Source: Porticoccaceae bacterium
GTDB taxonomy: Bacteria > Pseudomonadota > Gammaproteobacteria > Pseudomonadales > Porticoccaceae
Assembly (NCBI GenBank): GCA_041395745.1
Contig: JAWKZV010000001.1
Location: 305,127-369,126 of the forward strand
Direction of reading: 5' to 3'
Length of the DNA stretch: 64,000 nucleotides
Below the pieces are notes generated by a model, which saw only the letters and a list, made by a program, of their open reading frames with translations, did no database searches and was not told the DNA's origin. Numbering within the stretch: the first letter of the stretch is position 1; every line of letters begins with the position of its first letter. Of this stretch, positions 33,736-41,350 are shown piece after piece. A program made the position numbers and the translations under genes.

Positions 33736-35361
33736 TTAACTCGCGGCGCTGGCAACCGGGCCATCCAGCAGCGGGATGGCGCTGAGCAGGCGGCGGGTGT
33801 AGTCGTGGTGGGGCTGGGCGAACAGGGGTTCGGTTTCGCCGGTTTCCACCAGTTTGCCGTGATGCATCACCGCGATGCGGTCCGACATGTAGCGCACCAC
33901 CGACAGATCGTGGGAAATAAACAGCATGGTCAGGTTGTGCTTTTCCACCAGCTGCAAAATCAGCTTGAGAATCTGCGCCTGAATGGTCACATCCAGAGCC
34001 GACACCGGCTCGTCGGCGATCACCAGTTCCGGTTTGGTGGCGATGGCGCGGCCCACGGCAATGCGCTGACGCTGGCCGCCGGAGAATTCGTGGGGGTACT
34101 TGCGAATGGCGGCCCGGGCCAGTCCCACATCGTCCATCAATTCCAGCACCTGCGGGGTGACGGTTTTGCGGGTGGCCAGACCGTGGTAGAGCAGGGGTTC
34201 CGCCAGGGTATCGAACACCGTCATGCGCGGGTTCAGGGAGGCGTAGGGGTCCTGGAAGATCATCTGCATGCGGCGGCGCAGCGGCGTCATCTGTTTGGCG
34301 GATAGTCCGGTCAGGTCGATACCGTCAAACACCACACTGCCACCGGATGTGGGCACCAGTCCCAGAATGGAGCGCCCCAGGGTGGACTTGCCGGAGCCTG
34401 ATTCACCCACCAGGCCGAGAATTTCCCCGCGCTGGATTTCCAGCGATACATCATCCACTGCCCGCACCACTTTGTGTTCCCGCTTCAGGAAACCGCCGCT
34501 GTGGTCTGTGAAGGTAGTGGTGAGGCCGTGAATGCTGAGCAGGGGCTGTTCTTCGATCTGCGCAGGCAGCGGCTTGGCGCCCTTGGGAATGGAAGCAAGC
34601 AGCTTCTTGGTGTAGTCGTGCTGGGTGTGGTGGAAAATGTCGTCCACCGAACCCTGCTCGACGATCTTGCCGTCTTTCATCACTGCCACGGAATCGGCGA
34701 AATCCGCCACCACCGCCAGGTCGTGGCTGATAAAGATCACCGCGATATTACGGCGCTGTTGCAGCTCCCGGATCAGCTTCAGAATCTGCGCCTGAATGGT
34801 CACATCCAGAGCGGTGGTGGGCTCGTCGCAGATCAGCAGTTTTGGCTCGGCGATCAGTGCCATGGCAATCATCACCCGCTGGCGCATACCGCCGGAGAAC
34901 TCGTGGGGATAGCTGTGAATGCGCTTTTCCGGCTCGACGATGCCCACTTCCCGCAGCATTTCCACCGCCCGCTGCAATGCCTGCTGGCGGTTCATGTCGC
35001 GGTGGTAGAGCAGGGGCTCGATCAGCTGTTCTCCCACGGTGAGGTAGGGATTCAGGGAGGTCATCGGGTCCTGGAAAATAATGGCGATATCGTTGCCGCG
35101 CACCTTGCGCAATTGGGCTTCGCTGAGGGTCAGCAGATCGCGACCGTCGAACTGCGCGGTGCCCGATTCGATTTTGCCCGGCGGTTGCGGAATCAGTTTC
35201 AGCAGGCTGTAACAGGCCACCGATTTGCCGGAACCGGACTCGCCGACAATGGCCAGGGTTTCCCCCTGGGCCACGGAAAAACTGACGCCGTCCACGGCCT
35301 TCACCACACCGGCGCGGGTGTGGAAGTGGGTGGTCAGGTCGGTGACAGTTAGTAGTGGCAT
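33736..35361 (-). CDS. Peptide ABC transporter ATPase, fused OppD/OppF type
   Basis: Two GESGSGKS Walker A, two FSGG(M/Q)RQR signatures, DEPTTALD and DEPVSALD. Confidence 0.95.
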   Translation of the reverse strand: MPLLTVTDLTTHFHTRAGVVKAVDGVSFSVAQGETLAIVGESGSGKSVACYSLLKLIPQPPGKIESGTAQFDGRDLLTLSEAQLRKVRGNDIAIIFQDPMTSLNPYLTVGEQLIEPLLYHRDMNRQQALQRAVEMLREVGIVEPEKRIHSYPHEFSGGMRQRVMIAMALIAEPKLLICDEPTTALDVTIQAQILKLIRELQQRRNIAVIFISHDLAVVADFADSVAVMKDGKIVEQGSVDDIFHHTQHDYTKKLLASIPKGAKPLPAQIEEQPLLSIHGLTTTFTDHSGGFLKREHKVVRAVDDVSLEIQRGEILGLVGESGSGKSTLGRSILGLVPTSGGSVVFDGIDLTGLSAKQMTPLRRRMQMIFQDPYASLNPRMTVFDTLAEPLLYHGLATRKTVTPQVLELMDDVGLARAAIRKYPHEFSGGQRQRIAVGRAIATKPELVIADEPVSALDVTIQAQILKLILQLVEKHNLTMLFISHDLSVVRYMSDRIAVMHHGKLVETGETEPLFAQPHHDYTRRLLSAIPLLDGPVASAAS

Positions 35362-35396
35362 TTTATTTGCTCTGGCCAGTAATTAAGGTGCTATGG

Positions 35397-35900
35397 TTAT
35401 TTGTTATTAAATTTGATGATGTGATATTCGAAATTATGATCTGTAAAACCACAGTCTTTTCGCATTTCAAGTAGGCACCTAGTGTATCTTTCAACAAGGT
35501 CAGTCTGATTAGTATTTTTCTCTTTAGCCAGAGCGAGGAGATTACTAATTGAGTCAGCGACGTTTGGTGGCGCCCAAAGACAGGTTTCATTGTAGGCTCT
35601 TATGAACTCTGCCTTGTCTTTAATATCTGATTCGTCCAACAGGGCTCTCATAGAGTTAATTAGCCTAACATATACATCTCTTTTTCTAGATAGATGATCT
35701 AAGTTAGATTCCAGTTGTTCTTTTAAATCAGCGCGAGCTTTTTCAATCGTCGACGCGGATGTAATTCTCAGTTCATTTTTATAGTTTTCAACATTTTTTG
35801 ATAACAACACACTGACTATGCTTTTTATTAGCCATGCTGTAGCTGCTAGTAAAATAGATGCCCCACCTAGTAGCTTTATCAGATCTAGCCAAAACTCCAT
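35397..35900 (-). CDS. Hypothetical AT-rich protein (N-terminal TM, coiled coil, helical C-domain)
   Basis: 167-aa ORF with AGGGA RBS, hydrophobic residues ~3-33, heptad-rich middle; strongly AT-rich against its flanks. Confidence 0.75.
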   Translation of the reverse strand: MEFWLDLIKLLGGASILLAATAWLIKSIVSVLLSKNVENYKNELRITSASTIEKARADLKEQLESNLDHLSRKRDVYVRLINSMRALLDESDIKDKAEFIRAYNETCLWAPPNVADSISNLLALAKEKNTNQTDLVERYTRCLLEMRKDCGFTDHNFEYHIIKFNNK

Positions 35901-35991
35901 AACTTGTCCCTAAAATCTGTGTATCACCCAAGCCGCATTTTGCTTTTCTTCAACAATCAATGTGATCTGTAAAAATTGTTGTCATTTGAAC

Positions 35992-36150
35992 TCAATCCTT
36001 CGAAGCCCTTGGGTCCAGCGCATCTCTTAGCTTATCCCCCAGAAAGTTCAGGGCAAACAGGGTGATGGACAGGGTCAGTCCCGGGAACAGCAGCAGCCAG
36101 GGGTATTCCTCAAGTGGCATCACACCGGGAATGCTCAGGGTAATGTAGAC
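35992..36150 (-). pseudogene. Second, internally deleted copy of the oppC 3' end
   Basis: Translates as VYITLSIPGVMPLEEYPWLLLFPGLTLSITLFALNFLGDKLRDALDPRASKD*. Last 39 aa are 38/39 identical to OppC; the first 13 aa match 9/13 to an OppC segment 29 codons further upstream. Confidence 0.9.
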
Positions 36151-36199
36151 GGCTCATGGCGACAAGGACTGCGGGTGATGGCTGCACATCCAGAGAGCC

Positions 36200-36781
36200 C
36201 TACAAGTCGAATACTAGTTCTATCGCCCCGTGGTTGTACTCGATGCCCTGTGCTTTTGTCGGTCCGTGTGCGGCGTCAATGGGTTCAATATTTTCAGGTT
36301 CGGACCAGATTGGTTGTTTGCCGACTGAAACCTCTATCTGCGATGGCCCGCCAGAGAACCTGTGCAGGGTAAATATTTTTTCGAATTCGACCCTGATGTG
36401 GTTTCTGGCATTCGGGTGGACGTACTGATTCAGGGTGGTGGTGTAACGGATATTGGTCGGTGGCTTGCTTTCGAATACTTTTTCGTTGTTCACATACACA
36501 TGAAATCGCTGGTCTATCGGGGCAGTGATGTCGAGCCGGATAAGCGGGAAATACACGCCGTCCTTGCAGTAAGTGTGTTCTGTTCCATCGATCTTGATCC
36601 ATCCTGGATAATCACATTTTGCTTTCCAGGGCTGCACGAAATATAGCAAGCCTGCCGCCAGGACAAACACCAGAGCCGCGCTGGCTATATATTTCGGTTT
36701 GATTTTTTTCATGGCAACAGCGTTGGTGGGTTTGACAGGTTCAGGACTGGTTTTTGGCTCTGGAGACATCATGATTTGCAT
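36200..36781 (-). CDS. Hypothetical single-pass membrane protein with predicted extracytoplasmic beta-rich domain
   Basis: Basic KKIKPK then TM (YIASAALVFVLAAGLLYFV), Cys pair, alternating beta-strand patterns; start uncertain. Confidence 0.6.
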   Translation of the reverse strand: MQIMMSPEPKTSPEPVKPTNAVAMKKIKPKYIASAALVFVLAAGLLYFVQPWKAKCDYPGWIKIDGTEHTYCKDGVYFPLIRLDITAPIDQRFHVYVNNEKVFESKPPTNIRYTTTLNQYVHPNARNHIRVEFEKIFTLHRFSGGPSQIEVSVGKQPIWSEPENIEPIDAAHGPTKAQGIEYNHGAIELVFDL

Positions 36782-37313
36782 GCCGACGATCTGCTGCGCG
36801 CCGGAATTGGGAGGTTGATCCGGAGGAAGGTTTGCGTTCAGCGTCGTGCTCCCGTGATAGATGCAGCTGGCCGATGGTTCAGACGATCGGCGGGTGAAAA
36901 CATTTCAACGTCGCCCTGAATAAGGTCGTTGATTACCGAGCAGGTTTTTCGTTTGTCAATTCGATGCTGGGTGGGTTTGGTTGAGTTTCTTGTGATCTCG
37001 CTGCAAGCGAAAACGATTAATCCGCGTTTCAGTTGCTGTTTGTGATTTTGTGGTGTGAGCGTGCCCGCCTGTTGTGGAATTTTCCACTCTGGAAAGGGGA
37101 GCCTGGGCTCCGGATTTGGCAGTAAATCAGCTATAGAGCTAATTGCAGTTACTTCCAGTGGCGTCAATATGCCCAGCGAGTGTGGGGCCGTTGACTTAGC
37201 TCGTGTCCGGTGGGGATCTGACATGGCCAGTAACGCCATCCACCACCGCAACCCGAAGAAAGAAAAAGGATTTTCGCCAGCCTCTTTACGCGAATCCTTA
37301 AGTCACGATCTAT

Positions 37314-37379
37314 TTGTATAACTTTTGATCAGGCTTTGTCAATTTGCCAAATTGACATGGCTCAAAAAATTACTAAATA
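37314..37379. promoter_or_regulatory. Perfect inverted repeat carrying back-to-back TTGACA hexamers
   Basis: TGTCAATTT-GCC-AAATTGACA at 37337-37357; minus strand TTGACA-N16-TATACA, plus strand TTGACA-N16-TAAATA. Confidence 0.45.
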
Positions 37380-37401
37380 GGCGAATTGTTTAAAGTTCTT
37401 C

Positions 37402-38292
37402 CTAATCTTTTGAGGCTCTTGGGTCCAGCGCATCCCGCAATCCATCCCCCAGGAAGTTCAGGGCAAACAGGGTGATGGACAGGGTCAGCCCCGGGAACAG
37501 CAGCAGCCAGGGGTATTCCTCCATGGTCTCCACCCCGTAGGAAATCAGCAGGCCCCAGGAGCTTTGCGGCGGCTGGATGCCCAGTCCCAGGAAGCTGAGG
37601 AAGGCCTCCAGCAGCATCACGCTGGGGATGGTCAGGGTGGTGTAGACGATCACAGGCCCCAGGGTGTTGGGGATCAGGTGGCGGCGGATAATGGTCCAGC
37701 GGGACAGGCCGAGAGACACTGCGGCCTCGACGAATTCCTGGCGACGCAGGGATTGCACCTGGCCGCGCACGATACGTGCCATGGTGAGCCATTCCACCGC
37801 GCCGATGGCCAGGAACAGCAGCAGGATATTGCGACCGAACACCACCATCAGCAGCACGATAAAGATCATAAAGGGCAGGGCGTAGAGAATATCGACGAGG
37901 CGCATCATCACCGCGTCCACCCGCCCGCCGGCATAACCGGCCACGGTGCCGTAGAGCACGCCGATCAGCAGCGCCACGCCGGTGGCGATAAAGCCCACCG
38001 CCAGGGACACCCGGCTGCCGTACATGATGCGGGTGAGCATGTCGCGGCCAAAGATATCAGTGCCCAGCCAGTGCTCCCAGGACGGCGGTGAGGCGCCCAG
38101 TTGCAGGTTCTGCTGTTCGTAGCCGTAGGGGGCAATCCAGGGTGTCAGCAGGGCGATGGCGCAGAGGAACAGCATCACCCCGAGGCCGAACAGCGCCAGG
38201 TGATTCTTGCGCAGCCGCACCCAGGCGTCCTTCCACAGGGAAGTGCCTTCCTCGGCTTCTTTCAGGTCGGTAATCACGGTCGCGTCGGACAT
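37402..38292 (-). CDS. oppC: Oligopeptide ABC permease OppC
   Basis: SLWKDAWVRLRKN, HWLGTDIFGRD, EAA loop (EFVEAAVSLGLS), LSFLGLG, NFLGDGLRDALDP. ATG 38292 overlaps the oppB TGA. Confidence 0.95.
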   Translation of the reverse strand: MSDATVITDLKEAEEGTSLWKDAWVRLRKNHLALFGLGVMLFLCAIALLTPWIAPYGYEQQNLQLGASPPSWEHWLGTDIFGRDMLTRIMYGSRVSLAVGFIATGVALLIGVLYGTVAGYAGGRVDAVMMRLVDILYALPFMIFIVLLMVVFGRNILLLFLAIGAVEWLTMARIVRGQVQSLRRQEFVEAAVSLGLSRWTIIRRHLIPNTLGPVIVYTTLTIPSVMLLEAFLSFLGLGIQPPQSSWGLLISYGVETMEEYPWLLLFPGLTLSITLFALNFLGDGLRDALDPRASKD

Positions 38293-39227
38293 CAATTGTT
38301 ATCTCGTAACTGATGGCGCAGTTTGGGATTGATCCACACCGCGACGATATCGGAGAGCAGGTTGAATAGCACGATCAGGGCGGCGAAGAACACCGTGGTG
38401 CCGAGAATCATGGTGTAGTCGCGGTTAAAGGCGGCCTGCACGTAGAAGCGGCCGAGGCCGGGAATCTGGAAGATGGTTTCCACCACGAAGGAGCCGCTGA
38501 GCAGACCGGCGAAGGCGGGACCGAGGAACGCCACCACCGGAATCAGACCGCCGCGCAGGCCGTGTTTCAGTACCACCACCCATTCCGGAAGGCCCTTGGC
38601 GCGGGCAGTGCGGATGTAATCCTGGGACATCACCTCGAGCATGCCGCCACGACTGAGGCGGGCTATATAGGCCGCGTAGCCGGTGCCGAGGGTAATGGCG
38701 GGCAGTATCTTGTCGCCGGGCAGGTCGCCCCAGCCGGAGACCGGCAGCCACTCCATCCAGACACCGAAGATCAGTACCAACAGCGGACCCATCAGGAAAG
38801 AGGGCATGCAGATGCCGAGCATGGCGGCGGACATGGGGATGTAATCCTGGGCGGTATTGGGGCGCAGCGCCGCCATCACCCCGGCGCAGACGCCGATGAA
38901 TATCGCCACCAGCATGGCGTAGAAGGCCAGTTCCGCGGTGGTGGGCAGGCCGCCGAGAATTAGCTCGTTAACGGAGCGGCCCGGATAGCGGAACGATGGA
39001 CCGAACTCGCCGTGCACCAGATCGTTGAGGTAGCCGAGGTATTGCTGCCACATGGGCTGGTCCAGGTGGTAGCGGGATTCCAGCGCCTTGAGTACTTCCG
39101 GCGGTACGGCTTTTTCGGCGCTGAACGGACCGCCGGGGGCGATGCGCACCAGGAAGAAAGTGGCGGTAATCACCACCAGCAACACCGGGATGGCCTGCAA
39201 CAGGCGGCTGAGGATAAAGCGTCCCAT
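38292..39227 (-). CDS. oppB: Oligopeptide ABC permease OppB
   Basis: RIAPGGPFSAEK, FGPSFRYPG, DYIRTARAKGL, VETIFQIPGLG, NRDYTMILG. Confidence 0.95.
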   Translation of the reverse strand: MGRFILSRLLQAIPVLLVVITATFFLVRIAPGGPFSAEKAVPPEVLKALESRYHLDQPMWQQYLGYLNDLVHGEFGPSFRYPGRSVNELILGGLPTTAELAFYAMLVAIFIGVCAGVMAALRPNTAQDYIPMSAAMLGICMPSFLMGPLLVLIFGVWMEWLPVSGWGDLPGDKILPAITLGTGYAAYIARLSRGGMLEVMSQDYIRTARAKGLPEWVVVLKHGLRGGLIPVVAFLGPAFAGLLSGSFVVETIFQIPGLGRFYVQAAFNRDYTMILGTTVFFAALIVLFNLLSDIVAVWINPKLRHQLRDNN

Positions 39228-40867
39228 CAGTGAATCACCTTGCCGCTGTAGCTGGGGTCCAGGGAAAGCTCCTTGTAGAGCACGTAATCCAGCAGGTTGG
39301 GCTTGAGGCCCTTGAGGCTGGGGTGCACCAGGGTTTTGCTGGTGTAGATGAAGAGCGGAACGATGGGCATGTCCTCAAGCAGTAGTGCCTCCGCCTCGCG
39401 CATCAGCTTATAGCGCTCTTCGCGATCGGTGGCCTCGGGGGCCAGCTTGAGGATCAGCTCATCGTAGCGGGCATTGGACCAGCCGGTGCGGTTGTTGCCG
39501 CCGTCGGTGAGCCACATATCCAGGAAGGTGTTGGGGTCCACGTAGTCGCCAATCCAGCCGGCCCGGGCGATGGCGTAATCGCCGGTGTCCACGGAGTTGA
39601 GGTAGACCTTCCAGTCCTGGTTGTTGAGCACGATCTTGATTCCCAGTTGTTCGTTCCACATCTGCTGGATGGCCACGGCGATTTTGCGATGACCCTCGGA
39701 GGTGTTGTAGAGCAGCTCGGTGACCGGGAAACCCTTGCCGCCGGGGTAGCCCGCTTCCGCCATCAGTTGCCGCGCCTTTTCCGGATCGTAGCGGAAGCCA
39801 GGCTCGGCGGTATAGCCCAGGGTGTCCGGCGGGGTGATGGTATAGGCGGGCAGTTCATCGCCCTTGGTGACCTGCTTGACGATGGCTTCACTGTCGATGC
39901 TCATGGCCAGGGCCCGACGCACTCTTTTGTCGCTGAGTTGCGGCACCTTGGTGTTGAAGCGGTAGAAGTAATTGCCCAGGTAGGGCTGGGTGTAGAGCAG
40001 CTCCGGGTGTTCCTTGCGGTAGATGGCCACCTTGTCGATGGGAATGCTGGCGGTGCGGTGCAGCTGCCCGGAGCGGAACATGCGCTCTTCGGTGGTGACG
40101 TTTTCAGTGGGGTGGAAATGGATGGCGTTGATGCTCACCTTGTCCGCATCCCAGTAGAGGGGGTTTTTGGTCACCACCACCTGTTTGAACAGCTTCCACT
40201 CGGTGAGATTGTAGGGACCGTTGCCGACGAAATTGCCGGGGCGGGTCCACTGGCTGCCGCGCTCGTCGGGGGCGCCGAATTTCTCGATGGTGGCGCGGTG
40301 CACCGGGAAGAAGCTGTAGTGATCCAGCAGTTGCAGGAAGTAGGGGGTCGGGTTGGCCAGTTCGATATCCAGGGTGTAGTCGTCCACCGCGTGGGCGCCC
40401 ACCTGGTCGAAGTCTTTCAGTTCGCCCTTGTAATAGGCTTCGGCATTTTTCAGGGTGAACAGCATGTAGGCGTACTGGTTGCCCAGGGCCGGTTGCAGCG
40501 CCCGCCACCAGGACCAGGTGAAGTCGTGGGCGGTGACCGGGTCGCCGTTGGACCAGCGGGCGTTGTGGCGCAGGTAAAAGCGGTAGCGCTTGCCGTCCTC
40601 GCTGACCTCCCAGCGCTCGGCGACGCCGGGAATGGGTTCGAGGGTGGCGGGGTCTTTCAGTACTAGCCCTTCCAGCAGGGCGGTGATGATGTGGTGTTCG
40701 GGAATGCCGGTGACGATATGGGGGTCGAGTTCCTGGGGATCAGTGCCGTTGCCGAGATGCAGGACGCCTTCGCGGTTGCCCACAGTGACGTTACTTTCAC
40801 CGCCGCTGCAGGACCACAACAGGCAACAGAGCAGGGCCAGGAGAGTGCATTTCAAAGTGGCAGTCAT
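39227..40867 (-). CDS. oppA: Oligopeptide ABC substrate-binding lipoprotein OppA
   Basis: Lipobox-like LWSC, LDPHIVTG, LLEGLV, PGVAERWEVSEDG, WSNGDPVTAHDF, GNGPY, RAGWIGDY. Confidence 0.93.
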   Translation of the reverse strand: MTATLKCTLLALLCCLLWSCSGGESNVTVGNREGVLHLGNGTDPQELDPHIVTGIPEHHIITALLEGLVLKDPATLEPIPGVAERWEVSEDGKRYRFYLRHNARWSNGDPVTAHDFTWSWWRALQPALGNQYAYMLFTLKNAEAYYKGELKDFDQVGAHAVDDYTLDIELANPTPYFLQLLDHYSFFPVHRATIEKFGAPDERGSQWTRPGNFVGNGPYNLTEWKLFKQVVVTKNPLYWDADKVSINAIHFHPTENVTTEERMFRSGQLHRTASIPIDKVAIYRKEHPELLYTQPYLGNYFYRFNTKVPQLSDKRVRRALAMSIDSEAIVKQVTKGDELPAYTITPPDTLGYTAEPGFRYDPEKARQLMAEAGYPGGKGFPVTELLYNTSEGHRKIAVAIQQMWNEQLGIKIVLNNQDWKVYLNSVDTGDYAIARAGWIGDYVDPNTFLDMWLTDGGNNRTGWSNARYDELILKLAPEATDREERYKLMREAEALLLEDMPIVPLFIYTSKTLVHPSLKGLKPNLLDYVLYKELSLDPSYSGKVIH

Positions 40868-40940
40868 GTGCTGAATCAGGCAGTGAACCAGCGCCCTATG
40901 TTAGGCAAGGTCGAAGGTCTATACCAGTCCGGATTGCGGT

Positions 40941-40969
40941 TGAAATGCGTTGGCTAAGGTCCCATAATG
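40941..40969 (+). promoter_or_regulatory. sigma70 promoter of ffs
   Basis: TTGAAA-N17-CATAAT about 40 nt upstream of the mature SRP RNA 5' end. Confidence 0.7.
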
Positions 40970-41009
40970 CCCAGCCTCTGCCGGGTACCCGGTACGATGA
41001 CTTCTTTAT

Positions 41010-41124
<115 letters not shown>

Positions 41125-41131
41125 AGTCTCG

Positions 41132-41176
41132 AGAATATTCCCAGATAGAAAATTCTTAGCTAGAAAATACCCAGAT
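41132..41176. repeat. Degenerate 3 x 15-bp tandem repeat just after ffs
   Basis: AGAATATTCCCAGAT / AGAAAATTCTTAGCT / AGAAAATACCCAGAT. Confidence 0.7.
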
Positions 41177-41250
41177 TCTGAAATTGTCCGGTCGAAAGCT
41201 TCGACAGGCTCAGCTGTTGCTGTGCCGTTTATCGGCGTGGCAAAGAAAAA

Positions 41251-41307
41251 CCCCCTCGTGCAACCCGGCTATGTGGAGAAGCGGTCATAGCCGGATTGCA
41301 CTCGGGG
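41251..41307. repeat. Long inverted repeat (REP-like doublet or bidirectional terminator) between ffs and nasA
   Basis: GTGCAACCCGGCTATG-N12-CATAGCCGGATTGCAC (15/16 paired) with outer CCCC/GGGG. Confidence 0.6.
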
Positions 41308-41350
41308 ACGACAAGTGCCACAGGTTTTCGTTTTTCCTACGCCCTGTTGC

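Noticed and set aside
36838-37251. 137-aa minus-strand ORF as a confident CDS
   Set aside because: TTG start, no clear RBS, no motif; kept only as a possible decayed fragment.
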